DNA of 60,142 nt, the filler included, from Globobulimina sp. (Eukaryota), in NCBI GenBank assembly GCA_003354225.1. It is 9 parts of 9 records of this genome, joined end to end, with 100 filler letters (N's around TTAATTAATTAA, not from the genome) between each part and the next. Parts side by side here need not be neighbours in the genome. Positions count along the whole stretch, not along the records: positions 46,884 to 53,464 come from PIVH01000272.1; positions 53,565 to 60,142 come from PIVH01000273.1; 7 more parts are not named here. The stretch is one strand, 5' to 3'. Positions 48,943 to 59,621 of the stretch are shown piece by piece. Each line of letters begins with the position of its first letter. Position 1 is the stretch's first letter. The position numbers and the translations under genes are program-made. Below the pieces are notes generated by a model. It was not told the origin of the DNA and ran no database searches. It worked only from the letters and a program-made list of their open reading frames with translations.

Positions 48943-51900
48943 ATGATTGCACAGCATAATGAACACCAACATAATGAACATCATAGCTCTCATCACTCGA
49001 CATCGGGTGTGTAATATACTATGTTTCTCCGACCATTTACATTACACTACATATTAAACCACAGATAATCGACATAAACCACACAAAAATGACCGCGATA
49101 GAGACCGCGACAGAGACCGAGACCGAGATAGGAACAGAGACCGAGATAGGACCAGATCAGATCATATACATCGAAATAACAGACATCATAGCAACGATCG
49201 AGATGATCGTCGAAACCGAGACAGAGATCGAGATCGAGACCGTGACAGAGACAGAGACCGTGATCGATATCGACATGACAGAGACCGCAATGAACGGCAA
49301 AACCATGACCGCGACGATCGAAGAAACTATGACCGCGACGCACACCGAAATGGCAGAGGTGGTGGTCGTGGCCGTGGTCGTGGTGGTGGATTCCGCGGTG
49401 GTTTTCGAGGAGGATTCCGTGGCCGCGGTGGTCGAGGACGTGGGCGAGGTCGTGGTGGTGGACGCGGTGGTTTTGTGGGTAAGGAAAAATATGAAATACA
49501 AGAATTAAATCGTCGCTTAGTGGCAAACATTAAGATGTTAGCATTGGACAAACGCGGTGCTCAGCCATTGCGTAAATGGATCGATCGACAGACCAATTCG
49601 GAATATCACGAGGCGAGATTCAAGAAAGGCGCGAGGAAGATACGCGACCACGGCGTCTCCGTGAATGAAAGCATCAAAATCCATCAAATACCGCCTTCCG
49701 CGCAACTCACCTTCGAAAAAAATAGCGAATCGTGGCTGGACGGGCTGCCTATTGCGGATAACCGGAAACCGCTATGTTTCAAAAGGAGCGTATTAGTGAC
49801 CACCAGCTGCATACAGATCGATGATAAGTCGTTGACTGTGCATCAATACACCTTTGATTTCGTGAAAACAACCAATACGGCCACCGACGAGAATAAAAAC
49901 ACAAATTCGATGGAAATCGATGATAAAGAACAGGTAAAAGAGGTCGTTAAATCTGAAACTTTAAGTGTACAAACTCAAAATGACTGCAGTGTCGACGAAA
50001 AACGACAGGTATATTCCTTCACATTTTCGCCACTCAAATCGTTTCTGGGCAGTACTGTAATAATCGCATTTTTCTTATAATTTAGGTATATTTCGGCATT
50101 AAGCTGAAATTACGGAAGCACGGCTTCAATCCGCATAACTTCGACAACCGCCACATTTTCTCGTTCAGCAACAACGTGCCGAGCGACCCTCTGATTCGCC
50201 TCCAACACCGCAACTACGCCGTGACTCTGCAACGGCAATACTCGACCGACCCGCAGCTACAATGTCAGATGAAACAAGAACAGGACCAAACCGCCGCTCC
50301 GCCTCGGCACAAATGCAACTTTTCAAAGATTTACAAGCAATGCAGTTTGCAATTCCATCAGCAAGGCCTCAACATTTTGAATCGAAAGCGCTTCAACCAA
50401 GCGCATTATTGCAAGTTGCACCGCAACGAAGAGACATTTTACGCCTTATCCAATTTGCAAGAACACGAAGTGTGGCGTCAGAACGGCGCCTCGTTGGACT
50501 ACCCCGACTTGCGCTTATTGGTCGGCTATAAATCCACCATCGTGCACACGGAGCAGATGATCATTAAAAACCAGATGAAGCACAAACTGATCTGCAAGCA
50601 CTCGGTGCACGATCTGATCAAACACAACGGCGTGGAGGCAGTGGACCAATTTATCCGCGGCAAGCGAGCCATAACGAGCTATTCCGACCAAATCGTGGAA
50701 ATGGTGGGACTCGACACCTCGTTGAATTTGGACAGTACCTTCACAGCGCGCGACGGCGAGACGTCGTACCGCGAATATTACAGAAATAAGAAGGATTTCC
50801 GCAGCAAGAAGAGGGTGCATTTGATGGAGCAGCAGGAGCTGGGATTGGTGGTCCACCATAAATTTGAGGGCCGCGGGCCCAATCGGAGGGTGGTGGCGGT
50901 GTTGCACTTTTTGCCGCAGTTATTGTACGTGATCGTGCCGGTGGAGCAGCACAACGATCAGACCAAGCAGATGCTGCGCCGGCGCAGCCATCCGAGCGCG
51001 CAGACCATTATTAGTAAGGCGTTGGCGATCAATCGGTTGCTACGCGACGAGGCGAAGAGTGTGAAGCGGCTCTTCACTACGCACGATACGCCCATTCAAG
51101 TGAAGGGGTATTACCTCGAACCGCCCTTGATTTGTTTTAAAAGTTAGGCGGTGTTTTTGTGTACAATTTTGGATCGGAAATAGATGTTTTTGTTTTTTAT
51201 GAAATGTAAGGCCGTGGTGGCATTCGTAGAGAGAGTGCGGTGACTTTTGGTGGTAAAATCTGGCGCGATGTGGATGCATTTTGGTATAATTTGCGTTCGA
51301 TTTATGACGAAAAGGCGAGTGAGAGCCGCGTGGCTGGCATTGATTGGGCCATTTGCTTCGATGCGAATTCTGGCGACGGAGAAGGCGCCGCGCGCGAAAT
51401 CGAAAAGTTATTGTTCCAATTCAACAAACAACGGAGATTCGTGAATGCGCCGTTGAGGGCTCCGTCGATTATCGGGTTGGATTACAACAATTTGCATGCG
51501 ATCCGCGGCAAACTGCGGCACTCCAATTTCAGTGTCAGTGTCTTCATATTGCCGCAGCATAGGATCGGTTGCAAGTATAAGGTGGACATTACTCGCCATG
51601 TACTGCACGAATGTGAGCCGCAAACCGCGTTATCGACGCCGCAGAAACACAAGAAAGGAAACGGTGTTCGGAGGATATCGATGCGGAGTGGCGCCAATAC
51701 GAATAATCTGAGCATGGACCTGCAATTTATAAATGTGTCGACAGTGCGAAAGAGGGCCGCCGTGTTCAATGTGTTTGAAACGGTTTTGCTGAAATCCAAA
51801 GTAATTTTGTATAGCATTTGTCCGCAACTTCCCTGCCAACAGTTCGCGTATCGCAGTCTGTGGATGGTTGGCATCAAAATCTTGCGCAAAAAGGGTGGCT

Positions 51901-52850
51901 GCCATTTGTTGGTATTAAACTGTAACAGGGCGCCCTTTGTCGGCGCCTTGAAATATATGACGAATCACAGTGCGATGATCAGCTCGGAGCAGGACGTGAT
52001 TCCGCAACATATGATGCAACAGTTAAGCTATGATTTGCTGAAAACGAACGTGTCCAAAGTGATTGGCAGCGATGGCGACGAGGTGCTGCCTTCCAACATC
52101 GTGATATTGCGGTGTAGCGGCGGCGACGGACTGTTAAAACAAATCATATCCAAAGAAGTGGCGGGTTTTAAGAAGGCGTTGTATGAGTTCAGCAAAGCCG
52201 AAAAGGACATGATTAAGAAAGCAAATAATAATTCGCGCAAATGGTACCCCGGCTGCATTTTCAGTGTGTTGCAGGAGCACTGTCCCGATGCCTGGGGCTT
52301 GCCATCACCATCAACATCAACATCGACATCAAACACAAAAGTGGTTGGCATCGAAGACTCGGCGGAGGCGATTTGTGTGAATCGCGGCATCACTTCGTCG
52401 CAGTACTTGGATGTATTCATCTCTTTGCCCGCCAGACAAGAGCGGCTGTTGTATACTCGCGTGGTACGGCTGGTGACCTTAATGGATGAGTACAACAATG
52501 GACACACAAAGGATGGGCGCGCAGATAAAGCGGATCGGCTCTCCGCATCTCCCCAATTGCTCTCCGATTATATCAGTTTGGTCTATTCCTCCATTTGGGG
52601 CTATTGCCTCAACATTCCATTCCCCAAAACACCAAATTATCCCTCTCCCATCAACTTTGCCCAACATTACGCAACGTGGCAATACGGCATATTGACAAAT
52701 GAGGACACCTCGCTCACCGAGTTAATGATTGACGTCGACAACGCCAAGCCGCGGATATGTAATATTACCAAAAATACTCAAAATACTCAAAATAATCAAA
52801 ATGATCACAATAAGCAAAATGATATTGTTATGAAAAGAAATGATGATTGA
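48943..52850 (+). CDS. Divergent Argonaute/Piwi-family protein, ~1,234 aa, RD- and RGG-rich N-terminus, predicted non-slicing
   Basis: Exons 48943-49006, 49065-50008, 50086-51142 and 51211-52850 (GT-AG) give 3705 nt open. PAZ-like STFTARDGETSYREYYRNKK..LVVH..HFLPQLLYV; linker VKGYYLEPPLICF; MID-like VFILP..LQFINVSTV..VLLK; PIWI-like WMVGIKI, PSNIVILRCSGGDG..EVAGFKKA and YPSPINFAQHYA. Confidence 0.8.
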
Positions 52851-53151
52851 AATTAAAGAAAGAAAGAAAAACTTTATTTTTTTTTGAGCATTTATTTACT
52901 ATTAATTTTTCTTTCCTATTTATATTTATATTACTTTTTCCATACAACACTTCGTAAATCAATTTATTTCCACTTTCAAGTCCGCGATGTGTTCTTCTCA
53001 CTATTTCTACTGAGTGATATTTGGAATTAAAGTTCAAATTTGCAAAAAAACGACACAGCCAAATGAATCCAAATATTATATTGGATTTTCAAACAAACAA
53101 AACAAAACGAGAAAAAAACAACAAACAAACACAAATATTAATTATCGGGGT

Positions 53152-53464
53152 TTAACAAATTATTAATTCATTTTCTTTTAACTCCACAGAAAAATTACTC
53201 TCACCAAATTTACAACGCATTTCCTCTGAAAATACACGAAATAGCCAGTCACTACCATATGGATCTTTAATTATTATTCGATGAAATGTTTTTGGTAATA
53301 TTGCTGAATCAATAATTGATAATAAATTATAAATATTTAATGTATAATATGAGGCAATAATTATTATTTCATTCATATTTGGGAATAATTCAAATAATAA
53401 TGGTTTAAATAAATTAATATTATTATCTGCAATATCAGAGACACGTTGTTCTTTCATTGAATGC
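53152..53464 (-). CDS. C-terminal fragment of an uncharacterised protein
   Basis: ORF starting at the contig edge with protein-like composition. Confidence 0.4.
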
Positions 53465-53564
53465 NNNNNNNNNNNNNNNNNNNNNNNNNNNNNNNNNNNN
53501 NNNNNNNNTTAATTAATTAANNNNNNNNNNNNNNNNNNNNNNNNNNNNNNNNNNNNNNNNNNNN
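53465..53564. other. Artificial contig linker
   Basis: N44-TTAATTAATTAA-N44. Confidence 0.98.
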
Positions 53565-53873
53565 TTAATCTGACACAAAATATTATTGGTATTATGGATG
53601 GTTATTCTCGAACCCTTTGGGTTCTCGAACATTTTATTATTTGTATTATGATATTATTGTTTGTGTTTTGTTTGGTTTTGTTTTGTTTGATATGAAAATA
53701 GTATTCGGCTGCGCCTCATACTATTTTCTTATTTTTCGTTTTTATTATACAGTCAGAAATTTCACACAAAAAACAAATCCCATAAACAAACATAATGTAT
53801 ACAAAATAGTTAAATAAAATCTGCTTTTTCAAGAAACTCGAAGGATATTAGCTATAAACGGTCCGAGAACAAA

Positions 53874-54593
53874 TCAGAATTTATAGTTTCTTGAAAAAGT
53901 ATCCCTCGGCTTCGCCTCGCAAATAACTTTTTCAGAAACCTCAGGGATATTTTCTAATAAATAAATTTTACTATTTGTAGCGCGTCCATCATATTCATAT
54001 CTGGCAAGTTTTATATATATAGGGAATGCTTTCATTTTTTCATTTATTTTCTCAAAACATTGCGTTTTTTCAAATTTATAACATAATTCATTTGGATTTA
54101 AATCGATTGCTATATCCAAACAATTTATAGCTTCCTCATATCTGTGTTGCAGAATTAATAAAGCAGTATAATTCCAATAATATACCTCGTTTTTCGGATT
54201 GATTTTAATTGCCTCTCGATAATGATACTCACTTTTATGGGAAAATTTCATTTGTTCATAGGTCATTCCTAAGATATTATGAAACATATTCTTATTTTCA
54301 ATCCTGTTTTCAATATAATATAATGATAATTTCTCAGATAACAAAAAATTATAATCTTGTAATGCATTACGAACATTTTCATAAATATTTGTGAAACATT
54401 TTTCTGCAATGAATTGTTCAATATTTATAAAAGAATATTGCTGACATAATTGAAATAATTCTAATGGAATGTTTGTGTTAATTAGATTACATTCAATACT
54501 TTTAATGTAGCCATCAACAAGCAAACAATTCTCCAATTTTCCGTTTTTTGCTATTATTTTTGGCTTCTGTTCTACTGCTTGGCTTTGCGCCAT
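53874..54593 (-). CDS. TPR protein with N-terminal F-box-like motif
   Basis: LLVDGYIKSIE..IPLELFQLCQQY followed by TPRs (HNILGMTY..YREAIKINPKN; YEEAINCLDIAIDLNPN). ATG at 54593 preferred over the upstream TTG. Confidence 0.7.
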   Translation of the reverse strand: MAQSQAVEQKPKIIAKNGKLENCLLVDGYIKSIECNLINTNIPLELFQLCQQYSFINIEQFIAEKCFTNIYENVRNALQDYNFLLSEKLSLYYIENRIENKNMFHNILGMTYEQMKFSHKSEYHYREAIKINPKNEVYYWNYTALLILQHRYEEAINCLDIAIDLNPNELCYKFEKTQCFEKINEKMKAFPIYIKLARYEYDGRATNSKIYLLENIPEVSEKVICEAKPRDTFSRNYKF

Positions 54594-54871
54594 TGATAAA
54601 CTAATTAACCCTTTTTGACATCTCGCAAACCAGCCTAAAGTGCAATGGACATTTGATGACCCATTTGTTGCATTCCATTCAATTATACATTTGTTACGAC
54701 TTTGTGCAGTATTTGCAAACCCAGAACAAACCCAAGACAAAGCTATAACAAACAGTTTCTATATAAAAAGTATATATAATTGTCACTGATTAATATGATC
54801 ATGAATTATGAAAAGTATATTTAGGAATAACATCACTAATTTTGCATTAATTTTCATTAAAAAATCCGGTT

Positions 54872-56980
54872 ATGGAACTAATGGAAGATTTTGAAGAGTG
54901 GAAATTTAAGAATCATTTAGATTCTGTAAAAAGGCAAAGCGAAAGTTGTGAAATACACGAAAGGAAATCATTTTTAATCAATTCATTGAAAGATATAATC
55001 AATGATATGGAAAGCAAAAAAATTGCAATCAAACATTTTCATAAATCTGCAATGATACATTTATATAATCAACTAATTCATTCCGGTAACAACACACAGA
55101 AATCATCTCAAACATTTTCTGACGATATGAATAACACATTATCGATGTACGAGTTACAACAAGAAAATCAATTTAATGATTCAGAAATAAAACAATTAAA
55201 CAGCGCAAACAAACAGTTATCCAAAGAATTAGTGATATTGCAACACGAAGCACAAATTGAACGACTAAATATAGAGAATAGCGAATTAAAAAATGATAAC
55301 GGTGTTTTATGTCAAAAATTACAAAAAAGTTTAGAAAATCTTTATAAAAAAGGAAGAGAGTCTGAAAACAATCGAGCTAAATTAAAAGGTGCCAATTACA
55401 ACCACAATTTATTGAAAATCGCAAATGAAACATTACGTAAAGAGAATCAATCATTAACTGACGAATTAAAAAATTACAAAGCGACTGATGCAAACAATGA
55501 AAAATTATTAAAAGATACTAAAGCATTAAATGAAGAAATTGCAAAACTATCAGTTCAAGTGACAGAATCTAAGAATCTTCAAATTCAACAACAGCAACAA
55601 TTACGAGAAGAAATTGATAATAATAAGACTGTAATCAATGATATGGCCAAAGACAATGCTGATTTGTGTGAGAAATTAATGAATGCAGAAAAAGAACATA
55701 GTCAACAGTTGAAATATCAGCAAGAGTTAAATCATGATTTGGAAGCATCAAAAAAGTTAAATCATGATTGTGATAAATTAAAATTGTCCATTCATGATTT
55801 GAAGCAACAGTTAGTTGCAGAAACATATAATTGTTCAAAATTAAAATATGAATTACATGAACACAGAAAAAGTATACAAAACAGAGATGAAATCGAAGAA
55901 ACGGAATTAATCGAATTAAAACAAGAAATATTACGACATAAAAAACAGAATGCGGAAATGCGGAAAGTGTTTCTGCAGAAAACAAATTATATACAGTCGC
56001 TGGAAACTGATAAGAAAAACATGGCAGAAACGATACGTGGTTTAACAAATGATGTGGAACAATATAAACAATTAAAAGATGAATATACTGTGAAAGTCAA
56101 TGATGATAATGTTCGAGCAATGCAATGTGAATTAAATCGTACATTTGAAGAATTAAAGAAAGAAAAAATGAATGTAAAAAGGGCAACAAATAACTTATCG
56201 GAAATGAGAATGAGTTTGATGGAAATGGAGCAAATTGAAGAGACTGAATTAACTGAATTGAAACAAGAGATATTTAAATATAAAATTATATTTTCTGAAA
56301 TGAATGAAAGGCATTCTGTGGATGTTGATCGTATTGAAAAATTAGAAAATACAAAGAGTGCGCTGACTGAAAAAATACAAAAAAGTGAGATCGCTGAAGC
56401 GCAAAGACAGAGTTCTGATCATTTAAAGGTTAAGATTGAATATGACAAGATTGAAAAAATGAAAAAGGCAAAAGATATTGCACACAAAAAGCTGAATGAT
56501 TTGGAAGGAGAAATGAAATTAATTAAGCTGAAATTACAGGAATCTGAACATGAAAATAGTGGAATGAATAATTTATATCAAAGGAATATAATGTTATTGA
56601 AACAGTTGAAGCATCCACAGGAAATCAATGAGAGATATCAACATTTACGAAGGGTACATTCTGAATGTGACAGTAAAATGAATATGCAACAAACCATTAT
56701 CGATCGTCTCAAACAACAGTTCTATAAATTAAGTGAAAAGGCAAAAAACGCAACAACAAAGATTCAAGTCGAGAACAAAAAGTTAAAGGGAATATTTCTT
56801 TTTGTAGATGCACATTATAAAGCTTTATATGAATGTTTATTGGAGTTAGAAGGTAATATCTATGACAAATTTGAAACACATCAAGATTTTGACACATTTC
56901 TCATCCATTTAAACAGTATGAAAGCTTATATGGATGAAATTGAACATTATCTAAAAAACGAAATTCGTTGTGTAATCTGA
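54872..56980 (+). CDS. Long coiled-coil protein
   Basis: 702-aa ORF, E/K/L/Q-rich heptads, internal repeat IEETEL(I/T)ELKQEI occurring twice. Confidence 0.75.
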   Translation: MELMEDFEEWKFKNHLDSVKRQSESCEIHERKSFLINSLKDIINDMESKKIAIKHFHKSAMIHLYNQLIHSGNNTQKSSQTFSDDMNNTLSMYELQQENQFNDSEIKQLNSANKQLSKELVILQHEAQIERLNIENSELKNDNGVLCQKLQKSLENLYKKGRESENNRAKLKGANYNHNLLKIANETLRKENQSLTDELKNYKATDANNEKLLKDTKALNEEIAKLSVQVTESKNLQIQQQQQLREEIDNNKTVINDMAKDNADLCEKLMNAEKEHSQQLKYQQELNHDLEASKKLNHDCDKLKLSIHDLKQQLVAETYNCSKLKYELHEHRKSIQNRDEIEETELIELKQEILRHKKQNAEMRKVFLQKTNYIQSLETDKKNMAETIRGLTNDVEQYKQLKDEYTVKVNDDNVRAMQCELNRTFEELKKEKMNVKRATNNLSEMRMSLMEMEQIEETELTELKQEIFKYKIIFSEMNERHSVDVDRIEKLENTKSALTEKIQKSEIAEAQRQSSDHLKVKIEYDKIEKMKKAKDIAHKKLNDLEGEMKLIKLKLQESEHENSGMNNLYQRNIMLLKQLKHPQEINERYQHLRRVHSECDSKMNMQQTIIDRLKQQFYKLSEKAKNATTKIQVENKKLKGIFLFVDAHYKALYECLLELEGNIYDKFETHQDFDTFLIHLNSMKAYMDEIEHYLKNEIRCVI

Positions 56981-57052
56981 ATGTTTTGTGCTTGTCCTTT
57001 TAGTTGTTTTATGTTTTTGTAAAATCAATATTATACTATAATGCCTATTTAT

Positions 57053-58618
57053 TTATGTAGTATTTATCGATCCGTAGTCCTTGACAGTTGCTTTTATTCT
57101 CATTGTTGATCTGTCCAATGATTGTTTCCAATTAAAATAACAATTCGAATACATCATACATCCAAATACAACGGCACTCACTAAATAACCAATTGTTGTC
57201 CCACTCCAAACCACATATAATCCATTCAACGTATTTCCATCCACTTTGTAATAAAATAAAATAAAAAGAATGATTGGTAACATAACAATATATTGCGACA
57301 CAATTGCGACCGTTGCCATTATCTTTTGATATCCCAATGCTCGAAAGATGGATGCAAACATTGTGTACCAATTAAATGTTAATTCTCTGACCATTAAAAT
57401 TATAAAAACGTCTGACGCCAACACCGTTACATTGTCATCATTGCTAAATATTTTCGGAATGGAATGTCGAAATGCTAAAATAATAAATGTCATTAAAATC
57501 AATACGAACACATTAATGTAAACAGATATTCTGATGCTTCGTTTTGCAAATTGAATAGAGCCACAACCCATACATTTGCCGACTTGTATTGTCAATGCAC
57601 AACCCATTGATTCTGTGATTAATCCAAACATAACGTGAACAGATATGACAACTACAGTTACAGCCACCGCCGTTGATGGATCATAAATATAGCCAGACAG
57701 AATAATAATGGACTCAGCAACCCACCACATCAAACTCATTTGGACACAACCGGGCAATGTCAAGCTCAAATAGTCATACAATCCTTGTTTGGAGCAAACC
57801 ACATTAAAGAATGGCTGAATAGGTTCAAATAAATATCCATATCCTTTGTGCACCATAACAAATACGGCAAGCAGCAGCGATGAGAATATGGTTAAATCGT
57901 AAACAATGGCTGTTGCAATATACCCCCATTTAAAGTAATAAATACACAGAAAGTTCAATGGTATATTTACCAGAAACGGCACAAGAACAACCCATACAAA
58001 TTCTGTATTTAGATTTATTGATTGGGCGCATCTTTGCAATATTGAGATGAAAGAAACACACCATGCGTTTGGTATTAATGCATGGCAATAATCATTAATA
58101 TATGGATATAATTCCATTGGCTGTTTTAAAACATGACATAAAATATAACCACCAAACCATTGAATTACTGACAGTGGCAGCAGTGCTAAAAATATTATAA
58201 ATGCGGCTCTTTGGACATATATCTGTAATAAGTGTTGATTATTACTCCCAATGCATTCTGGTACCAATGTGTACAAAGCACTGGTTAGTCCCCACCCAAC
58301 ACTCGTTGACGTCACATTGGAAAACGTTCTGGCTAATCCTGACGCTGCTAATAAGGTCGCTGTTGGTGCGCTTGTCGTATTGTTGGCGTCTGATAAATTG
58401 CCAATAAATATGGATGGTATCACAAAAATCGGCAGTACCTCACAAAGCATTGCTAAGCTGACAGTGGTTAATATATGTAATAATATTTTTGCTTCATCCC
58501 ATCCGGACTTTGCAAGTATAAATGAAGCATCACTCCTTCCTTTGATACTATCACTTGAACTTCTGCGATTTGTGTGAATTTTGCGCTCATATAACGGACT
58601 GGTTAGTGGTGACAGCAT
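57053..58618 (-). CDS. MATE family efflux transporter
   Basis: ~12 hydrophobic helices; LAASGLA..NVT..VGWGLTSALYTL, QRA, LTLPGCVQMSLMWW..E, QVGKCMG, IFSND, FRALGYQK, GLYVVWSG. Confidence 0.88.
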   Translation of the reverse strand: MLSPLTSPLYERKIHTNRRSSSDSIKGRSDASFILAKSGWDEAKILLHILTTVSLAMLCEVLPIFVIPSIFIGNLSDANNTTSAPTATLLAASGLARTFSNVTSTSVGWGLTSALYTLVPECIGSNNQHLLQIYVQRAAFIIFLALLPLSVIQWFGGYILCHVLKQPMELYPYINDYCHALIPNAWCVSFISILQRCAQSINLNTEFVWVVLVPFLVNIPLNFLCIYYFKWGYIATAIVYDLTIFSSLLLAVFVMVHKGYGYLFEPIQPFFNVVCSKQGLYDYLSLTLPGCVQMSLMWWVAESIIILSGYIYDPSTAVAVTVVVISVHVMFGLITESMGCALTIQVGKCMGCGSIQFAKRSIRISVYINVFVLILMTFIILAFRHSIPKIFSNDDNVTVLASDVFIILMVRELTFNWYTMFASIFRALGYQKIMATVAIVSQYIVMLPIILFILFYYKVDGNTLNGLYVVWSGTTIGYLVSAVVFGCMMYSNCYFNWKQSLDRSTMRIKATVKDYGSINTT

Positions 58619-58756
58619 TGGAAACACAGACCAGACAAAACAAGTGTGTTAATTACTAAATTAAAAGTCCTAAATTAAAATATTAAATTAGCAATATTGA
58701 ATAAGTCATAATATATGTAAGGATAAAAAGCATTGATATAAACATTTTCCGGATGT

Positions 58757-59551
58757 TCAGTCAGCATTTTTTGCAGTTGTAAATGCGATGAAAACAATAA
58801 CACCGAACCAATAAAAATTAAGAGCATGGAACAATGCATTAATGATTAAAATTGAAATCCAAACCCATGAGGGAATGCTGCTATGTTCCACAGCAAGTGT
58901 TTCAAACACAAAAATTGACCACATCTCATATGTTATATAGCTTCCGATAATAATTCTGAATATTAAAAAATTTATTGCAAATAATATCTTTAATACAGTT
59001 TGAATCTTTTTTTTTTCATGGAATAATGTTGAAAAATGTAAAAAAATGGTGGACACTTCGTATAACAGGACAACAGTCGCTGGTCTGTGGAAATATGGCG
59101 CAAAAACACAAAATGAATACACTATGCAACACAATGTTGCATGAATAACAAAGTCTATTTTGAGTTTGATCACAAATACCGATATGTATAGGTCCCATAA
59201 GAAATAGCCATAGCTAATCGACAAAACAATGTCGCAGTGTGTTATTGCAGTTGAATAAGAATCTGGAATTACAAATAATGAATGCTGAGTTGATAAAATA
59301 TATACTGCCGACATTGATGCTACCATAGCATGGGCCAAACCAATTATTGTTTCATTTTCTTTTGATTTCTTAAATAATAAATCAAATGCAAAAATTGATA
59401 GTATTATTACACATAGTTTGTAAATCGGCAATATATTAAATGATCCATCTCCGTACAGATCATATGAATATTGCAACAATAAATCTTTTTCCAAAAAGTG
59501 CCACATTGTAAAAGGATAAAAAAATAGTTTTAATATCCGGACTACTAACAT
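58757..59551 (-). CDS. TLC (TRAM/LAG1/CLN8) domain membrane protein
   Basis: GLAHAMVA, SISYGYFLWDL, FVIHA, LLYEVSTIFLH, LFAINFLIFRI, LNFYWFGVI. Confidence 0.85.
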   Translation of the reverse strand: MLVVRILKLFFYPFTMWHFLEKDLLLQYSYDLYGDGSFNILPIYKLCVIILSIFAFDLLFKKSKENETIIGLAHAMVASMSAVYILSTQHSLFVIPDSYSTAITHCDIVLSISYGYFLWDLYISVFVIKLKIDFVIHATLCCIVYSFCVFAPYFHRPATVVLLYEVSTIFLHFSTLFHEKKKIQTVLKILFAINFLIFRIIIGSYITYEMWSIFVFETLAVEHSSIPSWVWISILIINALFHALNFYWFGVIVFIAFTTAKNAD

Positions 59552-59621
59552 TTATCTAGAATATCATATGAAAACAGCATAAAATGAATTATTAGCTAAA
59601 CTAAAATCTGAGTTTGTATAG

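Noticed and set aside
49047-49551. ORFs 49089-49508 (+, TETE-rich) and 49047-49526, 49157-49501, 49327-49551 (-)
   Set aside because: Alternative-frame and antisense readings of the RD/RGG repeat exon of the Argonaute-like gene.
40197-52850. RNAi gene cluster made of the dsRBD protein plus Argonaute
   Set aside because: Separated by an artificial linker; the contigs are adjacent only because of size sorting.
48943-52850. Prokaryotic Argonaute defence operon
   Set aside because: The gene has three spliceosomal introns and an RGG N-terminus, and its neighbour is a eukaryotic ZnF-UBP HDAC.
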